From Bacteroidales bacterium (GTDB taxonomy: Bacteria > Bacteroidota > Bacteroidia > Bacteroidales > P3): a DNA stretch of 64,000 nucleotides. A model generated the notes under the pieces. It made no database searches. It saw only the letters and a program-made list of their open reading frames with translations, and was not told where the DNA came from. The position numbers and the translations under genes are program-made. Location of the stretch: contig JAFYSZ010000017.1 of assembly GCA_017559135.1 (NCBI GenBank), positions 10,140-74,139 on the forward strand, in the 5' to 3' direction. This document shows, piece after piece, positions 1-9,357 of this stretch. The stretch's first letter is position 1; each line of letters starts with the position of its first letter.

Positions 1-1
1 A

Positions 2-1279
2 GTTGTTGTAGGTTTCTGTTTGTTATTTCTTGGCCTGTCTTTTATGAAGGAATCTGTGCCTGACTTAAACGAAACGCCACAAGTATTGGAGTTTGTAAAG
101 ACTTGGTCAAGTTATGGATTTACTTCTGTTCTTATCTTCTTGGCTTTTGGTACAGGATTAACACTTGTGCTTCAATCTTCTTCGGCTACAATGGCTCTTA
201 CTTTGATTATGTTAAGCATGGGTTGGATTCCGTTTGATATGGCTTGTGCTATGGTTTTGGGAGAGAACATTGGAACAACTATTACAGCGAATATAGCCGC
301 TTCTATAGGCAATACACAGGCTAAACGTGCAGCTATGTCGCATACAATCTTCAATTTGTTTGGAGTTTGTTGGGCTTTGATTTTCTTTAAACCGTTTCTT
401 TCGCTTGTAACTACAATAATAGATGCTTTTGGAATAACTGACCCGAGCACTTCTGCACTTTACGGACTTTCTATGTTGCATACGCTTTTTAATTTAATCA
501 ATACTTTGATTCTTGTGTGGTTTGTTAAATTTATTGAAAAGGCTGTGATTTGGATTATAAGACCTGCAAAAAATCAAGACAGCGAAGCATTCCGTTTAAA
601 GTACATTTCGGCAGGACCTCTTGCGACACCAGAACTTGCAAGCGAACAAGCATTAGACGAAATCATTCATTTTGCACAAATTTCTCGTAATGGGCTTGGG
701 TATATCAAACAAATAGTAGAAGAAAAAGCATCAGATAAATTTGACGAACTTGATAAAAAATTAGTAAAATACGAAGAAATTTCTGACAGAATAGAATATG
801 AAATAGCATCTTTCTTAAATGATGTATCAAAGGAAAAGGTTAGCGAGACAACTTCTGTAAAAATCAAAGCGATGTATAAGATAATAGGAGAATTGGAGTC
901 GCTTGGTGATTCGGGAAGTGCAATTAGTCGTATTCTTTCAAGAAGAAATGCTCATAAAAAGACATTTGACGAGGACACTATAAAGAAATTGCAAGAAATG
1001 ATAGGACTTGTTGATTGTGCTTATGAGGTTATGATTGAGAATTTAATGAAAGCAAAAAAGAGTAGTGTGGAAGATATTTCTAATGCTTACAATGCGGAAA
1101 ATCATATCAACGCTTTGAGGAACAAACTCAGAGATAGAGAAATTGAATCAATAGAAACAGGTGAAAAGAACTATCAAACGAGCGTTTATTATATGGATAT
1201 AGTAAACGAACTTGAAAGAATGGGAGATTTTATTATCAATATTTCAGAAGACTTATTGAAGTCATTTTCAGACAAATAA
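2..1279 (+). CDS. Na/Pi cotransporter family protein, 5' end truncated by the window edge
   Basis: The frame is open from base 2 with no upstream stop. It has multi-TM hydrophobic repeats with a GENIGTT motif typical of Na/Pi-cotransporter repeats, and a C-terminal PhoU-like helical region (..ELERMGDFIINISEDL). Confidence 0.85.
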   Translation, partial: VVVGFCLLFLGLSFMKESVPDLNETPQVLEFVKTWSSYGFTSVLIFLAFGTGLTLVLQSSSATMALTLIMLSMGWIPFDMACAMVLGENIGTTITANIAASIGNTQAKRAAMSHTIFNLFGVCWALIFFKPFLSLVTTIIDAFGITDPSTSALYGLSMLHTLFNLINTLILVWFVKFIEKAVIWIIRPAKNQDSEAFRLKYISAGPLATPELASEQALDEIIHFAQISRNGLGYIKQIVEEKASDKFDELDKKLVKYEEISDRIEYEIASFLNDVSKEKVSETTSVKIKAMYKIIGELESLGDSGSAISRILSRRNAHKKTFDEDTIKKLQEMIGLVDCAYEVMIENLMKAKKSSVEDISNAYNAENHINALRNKLRDREIESIETGEKNYQTSVYYMDIVNELERMGDFIINISEDLLKSFSDK

Positions 1280-1286
1280 GAAAGCA

Positions 1287-1353
1287 AAAAATAATTCTTA
1301 GATTTTTAAAAATAATTCTTTGTTTTATTTTTAAAAATCTAAGAATTATTTTT
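1287..1353 (+). terminator. 29-bp perfect inverted repeat (arms 1287-1315 and 1325-1353, 9-nt loop) 8 nt after the cotransporter stop. Probably a terminator and/or operator.
   Basis: Read directly: aaaaataattcttagatttttaaaaataa / ttatttttaaaaatctaagaattattttt. A third direct copy of TTTTTAAAAATCTAAGA lies at 1349-1365. Confidence 0.5.
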
Positions 1354-1466
1354 AAAAATCTAAGACTTGGTCAAATATTCCTTTTATTTGTTATTTTTTT
1401 CGCAAAAAGATAGTTTTTTTTGTGCAATAATTCTTGGTTTTTATATTTTTGCATAAAACTATCCTT

Positions 1467-2288
1467 ATGCTTAAAGAAATAGAATTGATAGAAGATGCAC
1501 ATGAATTAAAGAATTTTAGATTTCCTTTGAAGATAGATAAGGTGATTCAAATAGTTGTGCTATCGGGAAGAATGTCTTGTCTTGTCGATTTAAAGTCATA
1601 TTCTGTGCAAGCACCTGCAATGGCTATTATTTTGCCAGGACAAGTCTTAGAATCGTTGGAATATGACGAGGAGTTTAAGACTTTAACAATGATAATGAGT
1701 AAGGGGTTTACCGATTCGTTTAACCTACCGGTTAGTTTGCAAGAAAGATTATTTATTCAAACAAATCATTTTCACCCTATATCGCAAGAAGTATTGGAAG
1801 TTTATGTTTCTTGTTTTGATCAGATAAAAAACGTAATTAAACAAAAGGATAATCCATATAGAAGAGAGATTATAAAATGTTTATTTTCTGCTTACTATTA
1901 TGGTTTAGGTTATTATATTCATAATGCAAACTCTGAAAACAAGCGAACAGTAGTAATGACTTATCAACAAGAGTTGTGTGAGAGATTTATTACACTTGTG
2001 TCGGAAAATTACAAAGAAAAAAGAGAGATAGGTTATTATGCTGATAAATTATGTGTGTCAAATAAATATCTATCATCTTTACTCAAACAAGAAACAGGCT
2101 TAACTGCTTTGCAATGGATTGAAAAATATGTTGTTTTATATGCAAAGAGTTGCTTATCTTCCACCTCTATGACAGTGCAACAAATAAGTTATGAATTATT
2201 TTTTCCTTCTCAATCGGTTTTTGGAAAGTATTTCAAAAGAGTTGAGGGCATAAGCCCAAAACAATATCGTCAATCATTAAACAATTAA
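1467..2288 (+). CDS. AraC family transcriptional regulator
   Basis: The C-terminal double HTH is typical of AraC/XylS (..YYADKLCVSNKYLSSLLKQETGLTALQWIEKYVVLYAKSCL..QQISYELFFPSQSVFGKYFKRVEGISPKQYR). The first ATG is at 1467. The TTG at 1434 in the ORF track is less likely. Confidence 0.85.
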   Translation: MLKEIELIEDAHELKNFRFPLKIDKVIQIVVLSGRMSCLVDLKSYSVQAPAMAIILPGQVLESLEYDEEFKTLTMIMSKGFTDSFNLPVSLQERLFIQTNHFHPISQEVLEVYVSCFDQIKNVIKQKDNPYRREIIKCLFSAYYYGLGYYIHNANSENKRTVVMTYQQELCERFITLVSENYKEKREIGYYADKLCVSNKYLSSLLKQETGLTALQWIEKYVVLYAKSCLSSTSMTVQQISYELFFPSQSVFGKYFKRVEGISPKQYRQSLNN

Positions 2289-2306
2289 AAAATTGACGAT
2301 ATTGTT

Positions 2307-2714
2307 TTAATCTATTTGAGCAATAATATGTCCGCTAAGTGATTCGCAAACCTTGTTTTCTGATATGCTTATTTGCATATAAGGGTGACGAAAGCTCAAA
2401 TAATCATTTATAAGAGTGTTTAAAAAAGCAGAGATTTCATTTTGATTACAAAACTCTTCATTGAACTCAACACTAAGTTTGTTTTTGAAATAAGAAACCT
2501 CAACAATATTGCGATTTTTTCTTTTATCAAGCGATTTTTCAATCTTACGCATCATTGGAGGCAAAGAAACTATGTTGTCAATTAAGCGATTGTTGCCTTT
2601 AATATTTAATATTTTACGATTAAGAAAAGGCATTTTCTCAAAGCTACGTTTCAATCCAAATGTCAAACAAGTGTGATGAAGATTTTCTTCAAAAACAACA
2701 GTTTTTCTAATCAT
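2307..2714 (-). CDS. hypothetical protein (135 aa)
   Basis: Long ORF whose ATG overlaps the stop of the upstream gene by 1 nt (TAATG), suggesting translational coupling. No recognisable motif. Confidence 0.5.
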   Translation of the reverse strand: MIRKTVVFEENLHHTCLTFGLKRSFEKMPFLNRKILNIKGNNRLIDNIVSLPPMMRKIEKSLDKRKNRNIVEVSYFKNKLSVEFNEEFCNQNEISAFLNTLINDYLSFRHPYMQISISENKVCESLSGHIIAQID

Positions 2715-3064
2715 TATTTCTTTTTGCTTTTCGCTTTTTCTATTCTTTCTTTTGCTGCTTCTTGACGAGCTTTTGCCTTTTGCATTTGTTCTTGATATTC
2801 TTTTTCTTGAATACCTTTTCTTGTCTCAGGATTGTTTTTTGCTTTTTGTTCTTGATAGAAAGCTTTTGTTTCTAATTTTTGAGCTTTAAAATTCGCTTTA
2901 TCAATTTCTCGCTGTCTTTTAGCACTCTCTTTCATATCGATAAACGCTTGTTTGAAAAAACCAGGTTTATCTTCATCTTTTTTTGTTTGCTCTTGTGCAA
3001 AAACATTGCTTGTCATAGCACTCATAAGCGTTGCAATGCTCACAATTTTTAAAAACTTTTTCAT
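2714..3064 (-). CDS. secreted Lys/Glu/Gln-rich hypothetical protein (116 aa)
   Basis: N-terminal signal peptide (MKKFLKIVSIATLMSAMTSNVFAQE) followed by a highly charged, helix-prone sequence. Confidence 0.6.
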   Translation of the reverse strand: MKKFLKIVSIATLMSAMTSNVFAQEQTKKDEDKPGFFKQAFIDMKESAKRQREIDKANFKAQKLETKAFYQEQKAKNNPETRKGIQEKEYQEQMQKAKARQEAAKERIEKAKSKKK

Positions 3065-3070
3065 CTCTTT

Positions 3071-3277
3071 TTAATTTTGTTTATTGTCATTTTCTTCTAT
3101 GCTTTCTTCATCTTCTTCGAGAAACTTATCAACGAAAGCATCTTCTATTTTTTGATAAGTACCTACTACTGCATCTTCAATAGATTGATAGGTTTTTACA
3201 ACTCCGTTTTCAATTGCTTTATAGGTATCGGTTACCTTCTTTTCTACCTTTGTAGATTTTAATTTTAAATTGCTCAT
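3071..3277 (-). CDS. small acidic repeat protein (68 aa from the ATG at 3277)
   Basis: Three tandem decapeptide repeats: TYKAIENGVV / TYQSIEDAVV / TYQKIEDAFV. A minus-strand TAatTTTG box (plus-strand CAAAATTA at 3317-3324) argues for the internal ATG rather than the one at 3319. Confidence 0.5.
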   Translation of the reverse strand: MSNLKLKSTKVEKKVTDTYKAIENGVVKTYQSIEDAVVGTYQKIEDAFVDKFLEEDEESIEENDNKQN

Positions 3278-3504
3278 AAATACTTTGGTTTTTGTTATTA
3301 TTTTCTTTTTACGTTGCAAAATTATATCAAAAAAGCAAAGTAAATTATCCTAAAAAACCAATGAATTGGGCAGATTTGCCTAAGGTAAATTTTGCTTGAA
3401 AATAGAAAAGGAAAATCATGCCAAAAGATAAGAAAAACGTAAAAATCTAATTCACAAAATGAAAATACTTTTGCAAAGTCAAAAATAATTAACAAATAAA
3501 AGAG

Positions 3505-4029
3505 ATGAACAGAGTAAAGAAAAAAATGATGTTATTGGGCTTATTTGCCTTGGCTTCGATGAATGTTTTTGCTTCAAACGAAGAAGAAAATAAAAATATT
3601 CATTATAAACAATCCTATAAAGGAAATGTAGAACTGTCTTGTGGAGTAAAAGATACTTGGTCTTTTCTTACTTCTCACGGATATAGCTTTGGAAATGGAT
3701 TATACTTAGGAGGAGGTTCTGGTTTTAGTGCAGAGTTTTTGCCAGAGTATGATTCTAACCCGAGAGTATTGCTTCCACTTTTTGCAGACTTGAAATATAG
3801 TTTTTGTAATAGCGTTGTAAGTCCATTTGTTGGTGTGAGAGCAGGAGGATATGCTCACGTGAATAGTGAGGAAGTTGAAGGCGTAAGAGTTTTTGTTAAT
3901 CCTGCTGTGGGATTAGAAATAAAGAGATTTTCAATAAGAATAGGCTATGAATATCAACACAATGCTTGGGGCTTTGAACAAGGAAACAATAAGCATCGAT
4001 TAAGATGTGGAATAGCAATTATGTTTTAA
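3505..4029 (+). CDS. small outer-membrane beta-barrel family protein (174 aa)
   Basis: Signal peptide (..LFALASMNVFASNE), alternating Gly/aromatic beta-strand pattern, and a C-terminal aromatic residue (..CGIAIMF). A TActTTTG box lies at 3466-3473. Confidence 0.6.
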   Translation: MNRVKKKMMLLGLFALASMNVFASNEEENKNIHYKQSYKGNVELSCGVKDTWSFLTSHGYSFGNGLYLGGGSGFSAEFLPEYDSNPRVLLPLFADLKYSFCNSVVSPFVGVRAGGYAHVNSEEVEGVRVFVNPAVGLEIKRFSIRIGYEYQHNAWGFEQGNNKHRLRCGIAIMF

Positions 4030-4066
4030 CAAAAAGAGGAATGATTTTTTCATTCCTCTTTTTTAT

Positions 4067-5455
4067 TTATTTTGCAAAGGCGTGTTTGTATCCTTTTTGC
4101 AAGTTCCAATATCCTCGTGTGAAGTCAGGGATTGCAACAGGCATATTGCCATTTTCGATTGAAAGACGTGATAGCTCTATTATAGAACACCACTCTGCAA
4201 GGTCGTAAACGTCCATATCTAATGGTAATCCATTTTGTAGGCAATAGATTAGCCTCCAATCCATAATGAAATCCATACCTCCGTGTCCTCCAACTTGCTT
4301 TGCTTTTGCTTCTAACTCAATATGAATTGGGTGTTTGTACTTTTGCATCAGTTTTTCTTTGATTTCTTTGCTTACTGCTTGATGTGCGTTGAGGTTTTCG
4401 TGGTCTGGAATTATGGTTGTGTCAAAATTAGTTGTTTGAAAGCAGTATTGTTCTATTGGATATTTGTTTGCAAAACCGTTTGTGCCTGTTAGTTGATACA
4501 TTCTGCTGTATGGACGTGGTGTCATTACGTTATGTTGAATGTGAAGTGTCTTTCCGTTTTCGGTTTGTATGAGAGTGAGAGTGTGGTCTGCGTTTTGAAA
4601 TTCTATGTCTTTGTTTTTTACTCCGTATTTCTTTGCAAACTTCTTGCCATTTATGGATTTGGTGTCCATAGAGACCAAAGTTTTCATTCTATCTCCACGA
4701 TGAATGTTGAGAAGTTGGCAAGCAGGTCCTATTCCGTGCGTTGGATAAACATCTCCTCTATGTTCGTTGTTGTAATTCAGTCTCCAATTGTCATAATAGT
4801 AAGGCCAAAATTCTTCTAAATAGTGAATATAAGAACCTTCTACGTGAATAAGTTCTCCGAAAAGTCCTTGTTGTGCCATATTTAGCGTTGTCATTTCAAA
4901 GAAATCATAGACACAATTTTCTAATTGTATGCAATGTTTACGAGTTTGTTCACTTGTGTTGATTAAATCCCATATTTCTTCCAAGGTCATTGCGGCAGGC
5001 ACTTCTATTGCTACGTGTTTACCTTGTTGCATTGCGTAAACTCCAATGTTTGCGTGGTTTTCCCAATCGGTAACAACGTATATTAGGTCTATGTCATCTC
5101 TTTCGCAAACTTTTTTCCAGAGTTTTTCGTCTCCTGAATACGAATCTGCTGGTTTTTTACCTGATGAGATTAGCGTTTTATTGGCATTTTCTACTAATTC
5201 GCCTCTTATGTCGCAAAGAGCTTTGATTTCTACGCCCGGAATATGAATAAAGCGTTCTACTGCACTGATTCCTCGCATTCCTAACCCGATTATGCCTATG
5301 CGAACGGTGTCAATTTTTGGTGCGACAAGGCCAATGACGTGTGTTTGTCCTTTTGGACGAGCGGGTTCTTTGACTTTTATTGGTTGATATGCGGTTTTGC
5401 ATGAGCAAAAGACTATTGTGATTAGCAATAGCATAAAAAAGTGTTTTTTTGCCAT
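4067..5455 (-). CDS. Gfo/Idh/MocA-type NAD-binding oxidoreductase, GH109 (alpha-N-acetylgalactosaminidase)-like lipoprotein
   Basis: Rossmann motif VRIGIIGLGMRG after a lipoprotein-type signal (..ITIVFCSCK). Overall length and C-terminal region match GH109-like proteins from memory. The start was moved to the ATG at 5455 to avoid overlapping the lptD-like gene. Confidence 0.7.
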   Translation of the reverse strand: MAKKHFFMLLLITIVFCSCKTAYQPIKVKEPARPKGQTHVIGLVAPKIDTVRIGIIGLGMRGISAVERFIHIPGVEIKALCDIRGELVENANKTLISSGKKPADSYSGDEKLWKKVCERDDIDLIYVVTDWENHANIGVYAMQQGKHVAIEVPAAMTLEEIWDLINTSEQTRKHCIQLENCVYDFFEMTTLNMAQQGLFGELIHVEGSYIHYLEEFWPYYYDNWRLNYNNEHRGDVYPTHGIGPACQLLNIHRGDRMKTLVSMDTKSINGKKFAKKYGVKNKDIEFQNADHTLTLIQTENGKTLHIQHNVMTPRPYSRMYQLTGTNGFANKYPIEQYCFQTTNFDTTIIPDHENLNAHQAVSKEIKEKLMQKYKHPIHIELEAKAKQVGGHGGMDFIMDWRLIYCLQNGLPLDMDVYDLAEWCSIIELSRLSIENGNMPVAIPDFTRGYWNLQKGYKHAFAK

Positions 5456-5474
5456 AAGTTTTTGATTTTTATTG

Positions 5475-8024
5475 TTAATATGCCATTCTGTTTCTGAAAT
5501 CATTGCGTTTTTCATACTTCAAATCTTGAAGCATAGGTGCTTTTACGGATATGGAAAAGTTCCATCCTTGTCGCGGACCAAAGGGAACCCAATTCATTCT
5601 CATTTCCCAACAATGTAAGTCGCGATAAAAATCTATGGAGGTATAAGTAAAATCTTTGTTTATAAAGTCATAACCTGATGAAAAACCGATTTTCCATTTT
5701 GAAGTAAGGTTTACGTCTCCTCTTGCTGTGAATGTGGCAGATTTATTGGTTTGATAGCCTGCAATACTTACTATATAAGAAGATAAATGAGAGTAACTTA
5801 AACCCAAAGAAAGGTTCCAAGGAATTGAGAAATCAACATAATCGGGTAAAATCTCGTTTGGATTTGCAAAAGGACTATACATTAACTCTGTTGGAGAGTA
5901 ATCTGCTTGCGAAGGTGTGTTTTGATTGTTTTGTTGTGCCTTTTTAGGATTGAATTGCCAACTTACGTTTAGTGTCCATTGTGAATTTTGTTTTTTAAAT
6001 AACTTTCCTTCTTTGTCAAATAAGAATTGATTTGTTAATCTTCCTAAACTATCAAGCACGTATGGGGTATATGAAGCAGAATAGTTAAGTAATAATTTGT
6101 TTAAAAGGGTTGTTCGTGCCGAAAGTCTAAGAGGTTGCCAATTCAAACTATCTTTTGCTAAGTCATATCCTGAGGATAGTGTGAAGTTTTCAAGTAAAAC
6201 GATTTTTCTTTCGCCTGTTATTGTATCGTTTGCGTTCTTTACTTTCATTTCTAAATTGTTGCCAATAGAGAAATTAACTATTCCCGATGCTCCTTGTGCG
6301 GGAGAACCATATATTCCGTTTTCTGTGCGAGAGTAATATATGCGATTGCCTTCTTTGTCGGTATAAAAATCATAGAATCCTAAGGAAGGATCAGAAAAAT
6401 CGGGTGTATAAGTAAAGGAAATATTTGGATTGATAACGTGGCGTATTGCTTTTATAAATCCTTTTTTGAAAATAAACATTCCGTAAAGGCGAGTATTAAG
6501 ACTACTTTTGAAGTTTACGTTTCGGTTTGCAATAAATCCATAAATTGTATCTTTGTCTATAAGGTCTGTTTCGGGATTATAGGTTTTTGATATGCTGTTT
6601 GAATACCAACGTTCTGTGTAATCTATGCTGTTTGTCCAATTTAGGTGTTTGAAAACTTTAACATTGCTTTGAATTGGTAGAGAATGAATGATTCCGTTGC
6701 GGAACGATTTGAATATATCAGGTGATGTAAGTAAGGTATCGTAGGTGTCAATCTTATTTATCATATTTACTCGGTAAGAAAGCGAAATATCTTCGTACCA
6801 TTTGTTCTTTCCTTGTTTTTTCTTTTTGCGTAAAGGATAGATTTGTGTGGTTGAAAGACTCACAGAGGGCAAATCCAAAGATATTGCACCTGTATTTACG
6901 TTGTAACTCTCACCTAAATTTGCTGTCATATTCCAATACGAACCTAATTTGCTTGAAAAAGCGATAGAAGAAGTTGTTGTGTTGTTGAAATAGTCGGAAA
7001 GATTTGTTGTGTATTGATTAAATTTACTACTTACTAAGTTTACGTTTGCAGAAAAGCTACGATTAGGGTGAGATTTGCTGTCTTGACGGTGCGACCAACG
7101 GAATTTGAATGCGTTAGATGAACTGAAACTTGGAGTATTTCTTAGACCTGTGTGATTGTCTTCATAACGAAATTCTATGGAACCAGAGTATTTATAACGT
7201 TTTACGTATGATGAGGTTATGTTTAGGGCGTATGAAAGATTTGTGTAAATGTCTCCTTGTAGGGCAAGGTCCATATAATCATTGATAGCAAAGTACCAAC
7301 CAATGTTTCTTAGGTAATAACCACGGTTTTTTGCATAACCATAAGAGGGCATAAGAAATCCCGATTGTTTTGATTCAGTAAAAGGAAAGTAAGCAAAAGG
7401 TAAACCAACAGGAAGAGGGATTTCCATAATTGAAAACCATGCAGGACCTGTTACTATTTTGTCATCGGTTATTAGTTTTGCTTTTGAGAAATTTATTCCA
7501 AAGTGAGGGTGTTCCGCATTGTCGCATGTGGTGAATATTCCTGAGGAAATAAACATTGTTTCATCATCAACTTTCTTTACTTTCTCTCCATGGAGATACC
7601 CATCGCTTTCTTTGGTGAATACATTGCTGATTACACCTTTTTTTGTGTCAAAATTATATTTTAATTGTTTGGAATTGTATTCTTGATTTCCTTCTCTAAA
7701 TATTGGATATTGTTTTTCTGAGGATAGAGTGTCGTGTATTTCTTTTGCAAAAAGGAGTTTGGTGTCAAAATTTACAGTCATAAAACCACTTTGTAACTTC
7801 ATTTTTTCGTAATCAACCTTTGCTTCATTGTAAATTAAGACATCTTTTGTGTCAAGTATGAATGTAATAGAGTCTTTTGACTGATAATCTACTCTTGCTT
7901 GTAGAGTTGGTTTGTGTTTTTTTGAAGCAGTAATGCTATCTTGTGACATTATATCAATAGGTCTTAGCAACAAAAATGTTACTAAAAGCACTAAAAAAAC
8001 GTATAAGTGTCGCAATTTTGCCAA
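5475..8024 (-). CDS. lptD: LptD-like LPS-assembly outer membrane protein (849 aa)
   Basis: Signal peptide, N-terminal OstA-like region, and a very long Tyr/Asn/Ser-rich beta-barrel region typical of the Bacteroidota putative LPS assembly protein LptD. Confidence 0.7.
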   Translation of the reverse strand: MAKLRHLYVFLVLLVTFLLLRPIDIMSQDSITASKKHKPTLQARVDYQSKDSITFILDTKDVLIYNEAKVDYEKMKLQSGFMTVNFDTKLLFAKEIHDTLSSEKQYPIFREGNQEYNSKQLKYNFDTKKGVISNVFTKESDGYLHGEKVKKVDDETMFISSGIFTTCDNAEHPHFGINFSKAKLITDDKIVTGPAWFSIMEIPLPVGLPFAYFPFTESKQSGFLMPSYGYAKNRGYYLRNIGWYFAINDYMDLALQGDIYTNLSYALNITSSYVKRYKYSGSIEFRYEDNHTGLRNTPSFSSSNAFKFRWSHRQDSKSHPNRSFSANVNLVSSKFNQYTTNLSDYFNNTTTSSIAFSSKLGSYWNMTANLGESYNVNTGAISLDLPSVSLSTTQIYPLRKKKKQGKNKWYEDISLSYRVNMINKIDTYDTLLTSPDIFKSFRNGIIHSLPIQSNVKVFKHLNWTNSIDYTERWYSNSISKTYNPETDLIDKDTIYGFIANRNVNFKSSLNTRLYGMFIFKKGFIKAIRHVINPNISFTYTPDFSDPSLGFYDFYTDKEGNRIYYSRTENGIYGSPAQGASGIVNFSIGNNLEMKVKNANDTITGERKIVLLENFTLSSGYDLAKDSLNWQPLRLSARTTLLNKLLLNYSASYTPYVLDSLGRLTNQFLFDKEGKLFKKQNSQWTLNVSWQFNPKKAQQNNQNTPSQADYSPTELMYSPFANPNEILPDYVDFSIPWNLSLGLSYSHLSSYIVSIAGYQTNKSATFTARGDVNLTSKWKIGFSSGYDFINKDFTYTSIDFYRDLHCWEMRMNWVPFGPRQGWNFSISVKAPMLQDLKYEKRNDFRNRMAY

Positions 8025-8100
8025 TTTTTTAATTTTAATTTGTATTTTTGTAACCGATTTGCAAAAGTAATCTTTTTTTGGATAATTGAAAGCGGAATAA

Positions 8101-9348
8101 ATGAATAAAGAACGAGTTTTTAAAAATATTTTTAATTTATCATTGATTATTCTTTTGAGTACCTTCTTTTGTCAAGCACAAGAAGAGGGCTCTGTCAATA
8201 AGTTTGATAAAATTGTAATAGATGCAGGGCACGGAGGTGATAAACCCGGTGCAGTAGGTGCAAAAAGTAAAGAAAAAGACATTACCTTGGCGGTAAGTTT
8301 GAAGTTGGGAAAAATGATAACTGAGCATTTGAAAGATGTGGAAGTTTATTATACCCGTGTGATTGACAAAGATGTAGAACTTTATAAAAGAAGTCAAATT
8401 GCAAATAAAATAAGTGCCGATTTGTTTATTTCTATCCACTGCAATTCTTCTTCAAATAAAGCACCAAAAGGTAGTGAAACCTTTGCCTTGGGGGTTACGA
8501 AAGCAGCACAAAACCTTGAAGTGGCAAAGAAGGAAAATAAAGATATTTTATTAGAAGCGAATTATGGAGATAATTACGATGGTTTTGACCCTAATGCTCC
8601 GGAAAACGATATTCTTTTCTCTCTTTTCCAAAACGCATATATGGAAGGTAGTCTATGGTTTGCAGATAAAATTCAAAAACATTTAACTACTAATACGCCT
8701 GTTATAAATAGAGGAGTGAAACAAGCTAATTTTGTTGTTTTATTAAAGTCTGCAATGCCTTCTGTCTTGGTTGAAATAGGTTTTATTTCAAATGCAGAGG
8801 AAGAAATTTACTTAATGTCGGAGATTGGACAATATGAAATAGCTGCTTCTATATTTCAAGCTATTTGTGAATACAAAATGCACAAAGATAATGTGAAAAT
8901 GTCAATTCCTTCTGTTGAACAACTCATTCCTAATGATGTTTTAGATAGAGATAAGCAAGTAAAAGAAGCGAAACTCTTAGCAAAACAACAAGAACAAGAA
9001 CGTTTGAAAAAGGAAAGAGAAGAGAAAAAACGACAAGAACAAGAAAGAAACCAAGAAAATGAAAAAGGAACAGGAATAGATATTGTTTATAGAGTGCAAT
9101 TTGCATCTATGAAAAATCAAGTATCGACACAAGATAAATCTTTTACAGGATTAGATGATGTGTGGGCGTATGAATTTGATGGATATTGGAAATATTGTGC
9201 AGGATTATTCGCAACACAAAAAGAAGCTTCTAATTATGTTCAAAAAGTGAGAAGTTTGGGACATAAAGATGCGTTTGTTGTCGTTTTTTATAAAGGAAAA
9301 CGTATAACATTTGAGCAAGTTAGAGCGTTAGAAAAGGAAAAAAGTTAA
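8101..9348 (+). CDS. N-acetylmuramoyl-L-alanine amidase (Amidase_3) with C-terminal SPOR domain
   Basis: VIDAGHGGDKPGAVG and ..SIHCNS.. zinc-amidase motifs, a charged linker, and a C-terminal SPOR-like YRVQFAS...FVVVFYKGKRI. Confidence 0.85.
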   Translation: MNKERVFKNIFNLSLIILLSTFFCQAQEEGSVNKFDKIVIDAGHGGDKPGAVGAKSKEKDITLAVSLKLGKMITEHLKDVEVYYTRVIDKDVELYKRSQIANKISADLFISIHCNSSSNKAPKGSETFALGVTKAAQNLEVAKKENKDILLEANYGDNYDGFDPNAPENDILFSLFQNAYMEGSLWFADKIQKHLTTNTPVINRGVKQANFVVLLKSAMPSVLVEIGFISNAEEEIYLMSEIGQYEIAASIFQAICEYKMHKDNVKMSIPSVEQLIPNDVLDRDKQVKEAKLLAKQQEQERLKKEREEKKRQEQERNQENEKGTGIDIVYRVQFASMKNQVSTQDKSFTGLDDVWAYEFDGYWKYCAGLFATQKEASNYVQKVRSLGHKDAFVVVFYKGKRITFEQVRALEKEKS

Positions 9349-9357
9349 AAATAATAT

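Noticed and set aside
4005-4208. 67-aa + strand ORF overlapping the ends of two genes
   Set aside because: It overlaps the 3' end of the beta-barrel gene and is antisense to the 3' end of the GH109-like gene. It has no promoter box and no motif.
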